A stretch of DNA of 64,000 nucleotides, taken from positions 49,407 to 113,406 of the forward strand of contig CAZAUF010000002.1 in assembly GCA_964488555.1 (NCBI GenBank), in the 5' to 3' direction. How positions within the stretch are numbered: position 1 is the stretch's first letter; every line of letters begins with the position of its first letter. The notes under the pieces were generated by a model. The model was given only the letters and a program-made list of their open reading frames with translations. It was not told the DNA's origin and ran no database searches. The stretch is from an uncultured Candidatus Saccharibacteria bacterium (GTDB lineage Bacteria > Patescibacteriota > Saccharimonadia > Saccharimonadales > Saccharimonadaceae). Positions 1-8,329 of the stretch are shown in pieces. The position numbers and the translations under genes are program-made.

Positions 1-275
1 GGACCTTTGGTCGGTGGTTGCTTCTTGGCGTCAGCCAAACTGAATTGACGACCGCCATAGCCGTTATAAATCGACTTGTTGACCGGTATGTTAATCATAT
101 GCTGACTGGCACGCAAGTTGACGTTTTCACTCGTACGCCGCTGTGCGCGGAACACCTCTCCCTTGCGAATACTCGTGTTATTCAGTACGGTATTGTTTGA
201 TTTCGGGCGTTTTTGGCCCTGAGGACGCTTGCTCTGATCATCAGGGCGAGCATTAGCGAGTCTTCGTTGACCCAT
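1..275 (-). CDS. hypothetical protein, N-terminal part only (continues past the window start)
   Basis: Absent from the ORF track because no stop lies in the window. ATG at 275-273 with AGGAG at 286-290. Translation MGQRRLANARPDDQSKRPQGQKRPKSNN... is basic and stays open to position 1. Confidence 0.4.
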   Translation of the reverse strand, partial: MGQRRLANARPDDQSKRPQGQKRPKSNNTVLNNTSIRKGEVFRAQRRTSENVNLRASQHMINIPVNKSIYNGYGGRQFSLADAKKQPPTKG

Positions 276-407
276 ATAATTTTTGCTCCTTATTGTTTAA
301 TAATTTCATTTCTAATTTGATTCAAGACGAGGGATTGCGGACAAAGGCAGTCGTTCCCTCTCAAACAGTACATTCACTATAGCAAACTTTGCCTGTTTTT
401 GCAAGTG

Positions 408-983
408 CTACAGCTTCTTAATGACTTCGGGAACCCTTAGAAAGTCATCGATGAGCGTCTGTCGCATACTGCCGTTATACAGTGCTGCCGCAGGGTGGTA
501 CAAGGGCACGATGACGATCTTTTTTTCGCCAAATTGAACACGTTTAGCCTGTCCGTGGATATGACTGATTTTCATATCTGGCAGGAAATATTCCATGCTA
601 TGTCGCCCAAGTGTGATGACAACCTTTGGCTCGATGACTTGCAGTTGTTTGACCAGGTATGGCCAAAACGCCTTTTTCTCTTCTGGCAGCGGATCGCGGT
701 TATTGGGCGGGCGATACTTGACGATATTCGTGATGTAGACATCGCTTCGGTCCATACCAGCGGCGGCTAGCATTTCGTTGAGAAACTTCCCTGCGGCACC
801 GACAAACGGCAGACCCTGCTCGTCTTCGCTCTTGCCAGGTGCTTCACCGATAAACACTATTTCAGCATTGAGATTGCCGTCGCCCATCACCAAATTTGTT
901 GCTTGCGATGCCAGCTCAGGGCATACGCCTTCGCTCAGAATTGCTTGTTTTATCTTATCTAGCTTGGTTTGCTTGTCTACCAT
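408..983 (-). CDS. uracil-DNA glycosylase, family 4-like (only one Cys in the protein)
   Basis: 191 aa with GEAPG..ED..G.PFVG.AG and C-terminal HPAA motifs typical of family-4 UDG. The usual four Fe-S cysteines are absent. Confidence 0.8.
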   Translation of the reverse strand: MVDKQTKLDKIKQAILSEGVCPELASQATNLVMGDGNLNAEIVFIGEAPGKSEDEQGLPFVGAAGKFLNEMLAAAGMDRSDVYITNIVKYRPPNNRDPLPEEKKAFWPYLVKQLQVIEPKVVITLGRHSMEYFLPDMKISHIHGQAKRVQFGEKKIVIVPLYHPAAALYNGSMRQTLIDDFLRVPEVIKKL

Positions 984-1475
984 CTAAATGTCTCGTACTG
1001 GTCCGTCGTCATGCAGTTCTTCGACAATTCGCTTGCCATCTGACTCCAGGCTGTATTCGATCCGGTAGTTTTCCATGAACACATCGCCGTTTACCTGCAA
1101 ACGATACGCAATCTGGGCGTTACGCTCGTTTTCGTTGTCAGGAATTTTGCCATCGTACAAGGTGATTTCGCGCGCGTCACGCGGATTGACGAGCTGATTA
1201 TGCGTGCGTTTTTGCTTGAGCAGATGGCTCGTATCAATACGAATGACCTGATCTGGTGAATTATTGGCAATCCATGCTTTGACGATCAACCGATCACTAC
1301 CCTGTCGCTGCGAGCGTATGTTTCTGAAACTGATATCGGGTATAATCTTGAGACCGCGTTCGTTGAGCACGCCATTACTTGCCTGCGAAGTGTTCGCTGG
1401 CGTCGACTGATTCTGTGCAGCCGGACCAAGCGGCTTACCCATGAACGCTTTGCCTAATTCTCCTAAAAATCCCAT
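984..1475 (-). CDS. hypothetical protein
   Basis: 163-aa ORF whose stop abuts the UDG start, suggesting translational coupling. N-terminal amphipathic MGFLGELGKAFMGKP. No recognisable domain. Confidence 0.5.
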   Translation of the reverse strand: MGFLGELGKAFMGKPLGPAAQNQSTPANTSQASNGVLNERGLKIIPDISFRNIRSQRQGSDRLIVKAWIANNSPDQVIRIDTSHLLKQKRTHNQLVNPRDAREITLYDGKIPDNENERNAQIAYRLQVNGDVFMENYRIEYSLESDGKRIVEELHDDGPVRDI

Positions 1476-1521
1476 GCTCTTATTGTATCAAGTATGGTGA
1501 GTAGATGACGGGTTATCGTGC

Positions 1522-3639
1522 CTACGCCTCGACGTCTTTGATACTAAGGCTCAGACGACCACGCTCGTCGATACCGGTTAGCTTCACTTTGACTTCTTGA
1601 CCTTCGTGCAGCACGTCCTCTACCTTTTCGATACGCTGCTCAGATAGTTTGCTGATATGAACCATACCGTCAATACCCGGCAGGATATTCACGAACGCAC
1701 CGAATTCTTTGATACTGACGACCTTGCCGGTATACGTCTTGCCGACTTCTGGCTCCTCGGTCAAACCACGAATCCATTCGAGCGCAGCTTCGATCTTGGC
1801 AGTATCGGATGCCGCGACAGTGATAAGACCATCGTCTTTGATGTCGACTTCAGCACCAGTTTCTTTGGTGATTTTATTGATAACCTCACCGCCTTTGCCG
1901 ATGACCGCACCGATCTTGTCCGGGTTGATCTTGATCTTTTCGATGCGAGGTGCGTACGGGCTAAGAGTCTGTTTCGGTGCAGCAAGCGTTGTCAGCATGT
2001 GCTTCAGGATGAATTCACGACCTGGCTTTGCCTTTTCGATAGCTTGACGCAAAATCGCGACGGGCAGTCCATGAACCTTCATATCCATCTGCATGGCGGT
2101 GATACCCTTTTCGGTACCCGTGACCTTAAAGTCCATATCTCCTGCAAAATCTTCTGCATCGGCGATATCGCTCAATACATACGGAGTGTCACCATCCATC
2201 ATCAGACCCATAGCGATACCGCTGACAGGTCGTTTGATCGGCACGCCAGCATCCATGAGTGCCAGACAGCTTGCACAAGTTGCTGCCATCGATGTCGAAC
2301 CGTTCTGACTCATGATTTCGGTGACAGAACGAATAGTATACGGGAACTCCTCTTCAGTTGGCAGCACTGGAACCAATGCACGTTCAGCCAAGTAGCCATG
2401 ACCAATCTCGCGTCGTCCTGGACTGCCAAGACGGCGAACTTCACCGACGGTATAGCCAGGTGCGTTGTAGTGGTGCATGTAGCGACGCTCGTAGTCATTC
2501 TGCTCCATAGTGTCAACCATCTGCGCGTAGCTCAGTGGTGCAAGCGTGACGATGTTCATACCTTGCGTCACACCACGCGTAAAAATGCTTGAGCCATGCG
2601 CACGCGGCAATATGCCGACTTCAGATGAAAGTGGGCGAATTTCGTCGAGTTTACGACCATCAGGACGCGTACCGTTCTTGATAATGCCGTGGCGAACATC
2701 TTCATGCAATGCTTTGGTGAACGCCTCGTCATACTCATCACGCAGATCAGCGTACTCTTCCTCGCCGACTTTTTCGGCCATTTCTTCGTGAAACGCCCAG
2801 CGTAGGTTGTTGACCATCTCGTTACGCTCTGGATACGGATGGTGCAGTGCTTCACCCAGTTTGCCATCAGTCCACTCGTTGGCTACCTTCTGAATCTCTT
2901 CGTTAGGCAATACCAATTCGTATTCTTGAGCAGCAGGTGCGATCTTTTCTGCCAGTTCTTTCTGTAGCTGAATGGCTGGCTGGTACTGCTCGTATGCCCA
3001 TGCCAGTCCTTCGGTAATAACATCTTCGGAAACCTCGTTAGCACCCGCCTCTACCATGGTGATACCGCTTTCAATGCCAGCTACCACCAGGTCAAGATCG
3101 CTTGCTTCGCGCTCTTCGGGCGTGAGAAACGCTTTGAATTCACCGTTCACACGACCGACGCGGATACCAGCCACAGGACCGTCAAACGGCGTGCCAGTCA
3201 GCATAAGCGCGCTTGAGGCAGCAATCATCGCGATGCTGTCAGGACGGAAATTCGGATCCATCGACAGCACGCTCGCGACCACCTGTACTTCCTGTCGGTA
3301 GCCTTTTGGAAACAGTGGGCGAATTGGACGATCAATCAAACGACCGATCAGGATAGCTTCGTCACTCGGGCGACCCTCGCGCTTAATAAACCGACTGCCG
3401 CTGATTTTGCCAGCTGCATAAAATTTTTCCTCATAGTCGATCGACAGCGGAAAATAATCTAGCTGTATGGGTCGGCTGCCGACCATAGCCGTGCCAAGCA
3501 CGACAGTATCACCGTACTTGACCAGCACGCTCGCTGTCGTACGAAAGCCGACGCGATTGACCTCAAGTGTCAAAGTTTTACCGGCAAGTTCAGTACTAAC
3601 GCTAATAATCTCCTTGCCGTTAGGATTGATTGTAGACAT
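1522..3639 (-). CDS. pnp: polyribonucleotide nucleotidyltransferase (PNPase)
   Basis: Two RNase PH-like domains followed by KH (GKGGEVINKI) and S1 (GKVVSIKEFGAFV). Start moved to the ATG at 3639, which is preceded by GGAAGGAG. Confidence 0.95.
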   Translation of the reverse strand: MSTINPNGKEIISVSTELAGKTLTLEVNRVGFRTTASVLVKYGDTVVLGTAMVGSRPIQLDYFPLSIDYEEKFYAAGKISGSRFIKREGRPSDEAILIGRLIDRPIRPLFPKGYRQEVQVVASVLSMDPNFRPDSIAMIAASSALMLTGTPFDGPVAGIRVGRVNGEFKAFLTPEEREASDLDLVVAGIESGITMVEAGANEVSEDVITEGLAWAYEQYQPAIQLQKELAEKIAPAAQEYELVLPNEEIQKVANEWTDGKLGEALHHPYPERNEMVNNLRWAFHEEMAEKVGEEEYADLRDEYDEAFTKALHEDVRHGIIKNGTRPDGRKLDEIRPLSSEVGILPRAHGSSIFTRGVTQGMNIVTLAPLSYAQMVDTMEQNDYERRYMHHYNAPGYTVGEVRRLGSPGRREIGHGYLAERALVPVLPTEEEFPYTIRSVTEIMSQNGSTSMAATCASCLALMDAGVPIKRPVSGIAMGLMMDGDTPYVLSDIADAEDFAGDMDFKVTGTEKGITAMQMDMKVHGLPVAILRQAIEKAKPGREFILKHMLTTLAAPKQTLSPYAPRIEKIKINPDKIGAVIGKGGEVINKITKETGAEVDIKDDGLITVAASDTAKIEAALEWIRGLTEEPEVGKTYTGKVVSIKEFGAFVNILPGIDGMVHISKLSEQRIEKVEDVLHEGQEVKVKLTGIDERGRLSLSIKDVEA

Positions 3640-3812
3640 AAACGTCTCCTTCCTTTGCGGAGAGTAACAGGTGCGAAGATTTGCCTTGCAAATGCTCCCA
3701 TCTATCACCTTCCGCGTTAATTGCTGTATCTATTATACCACTTCTTGCTTTTTTACTCCTCGTAGATGGTATATGATGAGTGGCAGTTCTTTTACACAAC
3801 CCGAGGAGTGAG

Positions 3813-4244
3813 ATGTCTCAAACAGATCCTAGACCACCATGGTGGCGTTTTTTCGCCCGCCGCAAGTGGGATATCGAGGAGAACGAGCGGGTGATAGCCG
3901 CAATGGTCAAACTAGATACCGACCACAGCACGAACACGCGCCTCTTGTTTCTCATGAACATTCTTCAAAACACTCGTCATCCTTTGTATCACTTGCACCA
4001 AGCCCTCGTGGAAACAAAGGTAGTCGACGGCGAGTCGTTAACGACCTTCCGCAGGTGGAATCCTGATGAGTTGCGGTGGACGCTCATAGCAGCCGCCATA
4101 GAAGACAACATCCTACGTAAGGCCTGTTATGACTTGCACGATGAGGACACGGGTGCAGATGATCAAGCACGCGCGCAAGCCGTCATCGATGCCTATGCCC
4201 AAGACATTGCGGAGAAACTCAGGCAGGCTCGCGAAACAGCATAA
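3813..4244 (+). CDS. hypothetical protein
   Basis: ATG at 3813 preceded by GAGGAG. No recognisable domain. Confidence 0.5.
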   Translation: MSQTDPRPPWWRFFARRKWDIEENERVIAAMVKLDTDHSTNTRLLFLMNILQNTRHPLYHLHQALVETKVVDGESLTTFRRWNPDELRWTLIAAAIEDNILRKACYDLHDEDTGADDQARAQAVIDAYAQDIAEKLRQARETA

Positions 4245-4312
4245 CGAGCCGTAGACATTGAAGAGACCCTCACCCTCGAGAGTCAAAGAACAAAGCGTAC
4301 GGGTGATATTTG

Positions 4313-5017
4313 ATGCCGCGTACGCTTTTTCTTTTGGCTTATAATCGTTGTGTGCGCCTTGTTATCGCAACCTCTACCGTTTCCGACGGATCAATGAAAT
4401 CAGTCGACCAAAACTATGCGTCGGTTTTCCCTATGCGAACTGCGTTTTTGCAAAAACACGCGATACGGTCGGAGGACACGACACTCGTGCAGGTGACATA
4501 CGGAGGTGATGATTATTGCCGCTTCTCGACTTTGACGAGTAGCAACAAGGGCGACGGAATTACCCGCAATGCAACGATAAAAGCTGACGCACTGGTCGTG
4601 ACGGAGCCAGACCATGCACTCTTTCTGCCGCTTGCTGATTGCATAGGTGCCGTGATTCATGACTCGACAAATAACCTCCTCATGCTATCTCATCTGGGTC
4701 GGCACAACCTGGAGCAGTATGGCGGTACCAAATGTATCAAATATCTTGTAGCTAAACACGACGTCAATCCTAAAAATCTGTCCGTGTGGCTATCGCCTGC
4801 CGCAGGTAAAGAAAACTACCCGCTCTATGCGTTTGACAACCGTAGCCTGCACGATGTCGCAGTGGAGCAACTCATTGCTGCGGGCGTAAACCCTGCCAAC
4901 ATCACCGCGTCGCCAGTTGATTCATCGACCGCTCCAAACTATTTCTCGCATAGTCAATTTCTCAAAGGCACGCGAGAGACCGACGGACGCTTTGCCGTGG
5001 TCGCAGTCCTACGCTAA
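4313..5017 (+). CDS. YfiH/PgeF-like (DUF152, polyphenol-oxidase-like) protein
   Basis: LADCIGAVIHD, SHLGRHNL and C-terminal NYFSHSQ resemble the ADC.P / H.GWRG / FFS.R motifs of the YfiH family. Confidence 0.55.
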   Translation: MPRTLFLLAYNRCVRLVIATSTVSDGSMKSVDQNYASVFPMRTAFLQKHAIRSEDTTLVQVTYGGDDYCRFSTLTSSNKGDGITRNATIKADALVVTEPDHALFLPLADCIGAVIHDSTNNLLMLSHLGRHNLEQYGGTKCIKYLVAKHDVNPKNLSVWLSPAAGKENYPLYAFDNRSLHDVAVEQLIAAGVNPANITASPVDSSTAPNYFSHSQFLKGTRETDGRFAVVAVLR

Positions 5018-6402
5018 CGCCAACTCGGCAGCCACATATGCTGCGCAATATCATTGGGCAACATCGGCCAACCATAGCTAAGCGGTAAGAAATACAAGAA
5101 GCCGAGCACAATCACTGCTACTATCATCCAATACGTTTGAACCGCTGCTTTACGCCCATATTTCTGGCTTTGCCAGTCAAAAAGTAGTGCCAACATGACA
5201 CAGGTAGCAAGTATGCTAAACAGCAATGCGAACAGATAGTGATACAGAAACATCGGTCGCATGATAAACGTAAATGGTACGAAATTGAGTGCATATCCGG
5301 TCAGCAAAAATGCTACAAGTTTGCGATGCCTGCCCAACCACACAGGACGAGCTAGCCACACAACAAGTGCCGTCACTACACCAACTGCGGACAACCACCA
5401 TACCGCCGGATTACCTAGGAAATAAATATTTCCCTGCTTACCACTCTCGAGTATGTCACCTTGCCAGTAGTAGACGGGTCGGATCTCCAGCGGCCATGTA
5501 TACCACTTCGATGCATAGGGATGCTCAGTATCATTGAGTGAACTCTGTGCGTTATACATTTGACTGTTCAGTTCGACAAACTTATCCCAAAACGACATTT
5601 TCACCGCAGGATCGTACTGCGGACTACCCACTAGCGTTGACTGGAATTTATCCGACATAAACGCGTCACCCTCGCCACTATGCGTCAATAGCGCGAAATT
5701 CACGGCGAAGCTGCCGATATAGATTGTCGCCATAATCGCAATGACTGTCACAGCTTCACCTACCAAGCGTATCCAGTTTTGTCGACGCAACAAGCCGTCA
5801 ACCGCCCATGCGATTGCCAGCAATCCAGCAATGGCCAGTCCCGTCCATTTGGTAGATACGAGCACACCAAGCAGCACGGCGGTCACAATAACCCATACCC
5901 AACGCCATACACCCTTGCTGTTTCTGAGTTTCAAATAGCTACTGAGTGCTCCCATACCCGACAGAAGCAATAGACTATCCATCAGGACAAACCGAGACTC
6001 AACGAGCAGCGCATTGTCGAGCAAGACAAGTAACGCACCGAACGTGGCGATGCGTCGTCCCAGTCCGAACTGACGTATGATGACATACATCAGTGGTACG
6101 AGTGCTGCACCGGCGAGAGCCGGTAACAAACGTAATATGATGCCGCCTGGGTCTCCAGCAGCTACCTGCTCAGGCGTCAGACCCGTTAGTGCGCCAACAC
6201 CAGCAAAAAGCAGCTTGATAAGTGGCGGATGAATATCGAAAAAAAACTGACCGCTCAAATAACTAGCCGCGAAATCACGAAAATATACTTCGTCAAAGAC
6301 AAGAGACTGCGGCCACCCTATCTGCCAAAAGCGCGTCAACAGGGCAAGTCCTGACAGTATCCATAGTTCCGGATACCGAAACAACCGGCGGTATAGTTTC
6401 AT
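5014..6402 (-). CDS. PMT-family (GT39-like) phospholipid-carrier-dependent glycosyltransferase
   Basis: 462 aa, polytopic. N-terminal loop motif FDEVYF.. and the overall architecture match dolichyl-phosphate-mannose protein mannosyltransferase-like enzymes. Confidence 0.75.
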   Translation of the reverse strand: MKLYRRLFRYPELWILSGLALLTRFWQIGWPQSLVFDEVYFRDFAASYLSGQFFFDIHPPLIKLLFAGVGALTGLTPEQVAAGDPGGIILRLLPALAGAALVPLMYVIIRQFGLGRRIATFGALLVLLDNALLVESRFVLMDSLLLLSGMGALSSYLKLRNSKGVWRWVWVIVTAVLLGVLVSTKWTGLAIAGLLAIAWAVDGLLRRQNWIRLVGEAVTVIAIMATIYIGSFAVNFALLTHSGEGDAFMSDKFQSTLVGSPQYDPAVKMSFWDKFVELNSQMYNAQSSLNDTEHPYASKWYTWPLEIRPVYYWQGDILESGKQGNIYFLGNPAVWWLSAVGVVTALVVWLARPVWLGRHRKLVAFLLTGYALNFVPFTFIMRPMFLYHYLFALLFSILATCVMLALLFDWQSQKYGRKAAVQTYWMIVAVIVLGFLYFLPLSYGWPMLPNDIAQHMWLPSWR

Positions 6403-6413
6403 ATACTCAGTTT

Positions 6414-6444
6414 AGCAAAATAAAAGAGCCCCGTTGTCCGGGGC
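6414..6444 (-). terminator. rho-independent terminator downstream of rpsO
   Basis: GCCCCG/CGGGGC stem (6428-6433 / 6439-6444) followed on the minus strand by TCTTTTATTTT. Confidence 0.6.
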
Positions 6445-6449
6445 GGCAT

Positions 6450-6716
6450 TTATTTCCTGAGTCCTAGGTGCGTAATCAGTGCCTTGTATCCAGCGAAATC
6501 TTTTCGCTCCAGATAGCTCAGCAGTCGCTTGCGACGACCGACCATCTGTATCAGACCGCGACGGGCCTTGTGGTCATGCTTGTGCACACGAAGGTGCTCA
6601 GTGATTTCGGTGATGCGAGCTGTCAAAATAGAAACCTGAACTTCGGCACTGCCGACGTCTTGTTTGCTCTTCTGAACCGCCGCGATAGCTTTGGCTTTAT
6701 TCTCTGCTGTAATCAT
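6450..6716 (-). CDS. rpsO: 30S ribosomal protein S15
   Basis: 88 aa with ...LTARITEITEHLRVHKHDHKARRGL... Confidence 0.95.
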   Translation of the reverse strand: MITAENKAKAIAAVQKSKQDVGSAEVQVSILTARITEITEHLRVHKHDHKARRGLIQMVGRRKRLLSYLERKDFAGYKALITHLGLRK

Positions 6717-6771
6717 TAAGTACGTATTGTAGCAACTTTTTCCGTAAGTTGCAAGGGGTGAAGTTTACTTT

Positions 6772-7440
6772 CTAATCCGTTATGCCGAATGCCGCGAGCG
6801 TCTGAGCGTTTTCGACATGCCAATCAGCGATGGCTGTTCGCCGCAGCTGAGTACAGTAAGCTTCCGTACCCAGTGCTTTACCGATATCAATCGCCAGGCT
6901 ACGAATATAGGTGCCGCTACTCACGTGTGTGCGAATCTTGAGCTCAGGATAGCTATAATCAACGATATCCAAGCTATGAATCGTCACTGTTCGCTCCGGC
7001 ATTTCGACCTCTTTGCCCGCCCGTGCCAGATCATATGCCCGTCTGCCATTGATCTTGATCGCGCTATGAGCTGGAGGTGTCTGCTTAATCTCCCCGGTAA
7101 ACATGCCTAGCACATCCTCGACAGTACTCAAGGACGGACCTTGAGCACCGGGAGGCGTAGTGTCGGTGATCTCGCCTTCCGGATCACCAGTGGTGCTGGT
7201 TTGCCCTAGGCGAAACGTCGCTTCGTAGACTTTGTCATGCTTCATGTATTCACCGGCGTGCTTGCACTCGCTACCGACGCACAGTATCAGTAGCCCCGTG
7301 GCAAACGGATCCAGCGTCCCGCAATGTCCTACCTTCGTCTTCTTGCCGTTCTGCTCGCTCAATACTCGTCGAACGCGCGCCACCACGCCAAAACTGGTCA
7401 TCCCAGCAGGTTTATCAATCAAAAGGATCCCATCTGTCAT
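6772..7440 (-). CDS. truB: tRNA pseudouridine(55) synthase
   Basis: GILLIDKPAGMTSF and GHCGTLDPFATGLL motifs. Confidence 0.93.
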   Translation of the reverse strand: MTDGILLIDKPAGMTSFGVVARVRRVLSEQNGKKTKVGHCGTLDPFATGLLILCVGSECKHAGEYMKHDKVYEATFRLGQTSTTGDPEGEITDTTPPGAQGPSLSTVEDVLGMFTGEIKQTPPAHSAIKINGRRAYDLARAGKEVEMPERTVTIHSLDIVDYSYPELKIRTHVSSGTYIRSLAIDIGKALGTEAYCTQLRRTAIADWHVENAQTLAAFGITD

Positions 7441-7460
7441 CCTTCCAGTATACTAGAGGT

Positions 7461-8144
7461 ATGCAAAAGATACTTTTCGGCATATTCGCCCACCCAGATG
7501 ACGAGGCATTCGGTCCTGTCGCGACACTGGTAAAAGAGATTGAGAGTGGCACGGAACTACACCTCATCACCCTGACCGCTGGCGAAAACGGCACTAACCC
7601 CGATAACCTGCCTAACCTCGGTGAAGTAAGGCTGCAGGAGTGGCAAGCAGCAGGCAAGCTCATCGGCGCGTCATCTATGACACATCTGGGGTATATAGAT
7701 GGTACGCTCAATAATCTCAACCATCTGGAAATCGCGATCAAAGTCGCAGAAATCGTCAATGACACGGTGGCGGGTCGTGAAGACATAGAAATCGAATTCA
7801 TGAGCTTAGACCTCAACGGCTACACCGGTCATATAGATCACATCGTCGCCAGCCGCAGCGCGTGTCTGGCGTTTTACCGACTGCGTGACACCGGACTGCT
7901 GATGAAGCGCGTCCGACTCGCCTGCCTAACGCGTGAGGAAGTCCCTGATGTCAACACCGGCTTTGTCTACATGGAACCGGGCAAAACACTCGACGAAATT
8001 GATGAAACTATCGATGGACGTGAATACACCGAGAAAATCCACGAAATCATGCGTTGTCACCACACCCAGCGCAACGATTACGAAACTGTCATCAAATATA
8101 AGGGCAAAAATCTCGGCATTGATCACTTTGTAACTCGAGACTAA
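7461..8144 (+). CDS. PIG-L/LmbE-family deacetylase
   Basis: N-terminal FAHPDDEAFG motif. Confidence 0.75.
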   Translation: MQKILFGIFAHPDDEAFGPVATLVKEIESGTELHLITLTAGENGTNPDNLPNLGEVRLQEWQAAGKLIGASSMTHLGYIDGTLNNLNHLEIAIKVAEIVNDTVAGREDIEIEFMSLDLNGYTGHIDHIVASRSACLAFYRLRDTGLLMKRVRLACLTREEVPDVNTGFVYMEPGKTLDEIDETIDGREYTEKIHEIMRCHHTQRNDYETVIKYKGKNLGIDHFVTRD

Positions 8145-8329
8145 AGAAATCGTCTGTTTGAGTGCAGTGCGCATTTTCTTCTCGAGAAACACAACGAACC
8201 GTATCCGACATACGGCTCGTGGCTCGTGATCCGTTCGCGGCACGGCGTGCTTTGCACGACGACAGGTGAACGGAAGCTCATGTAGTATCACAGAGAAAAA
8301 ATGTGAAATGTGCCAAGCAGACGATTTCT
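8145..8329. repeat. 12-bp perfect inverted repeat enclosing a 161-nt hairpin-rich spacer
   Basis: AGAAATCGTCTG at 8145-8156 and its reverse complement CAGACGATTTCT at 8318-8329. Inner hairpins include CCGTAT..ATACGG, CGTGC..GCACG and CCGTTC..GAACGG. Confidence 0.6.

Noticed and set aside
1657-2592. 311-aa plus-strand ORF, plus several shorter ones, inside pnp
   Set aside because: It lies entirely antisense to a confidently identified PNPase gene. It has low-complexity composition, no RBS and no recognisable motifs, so it is a typical shadow ORF.
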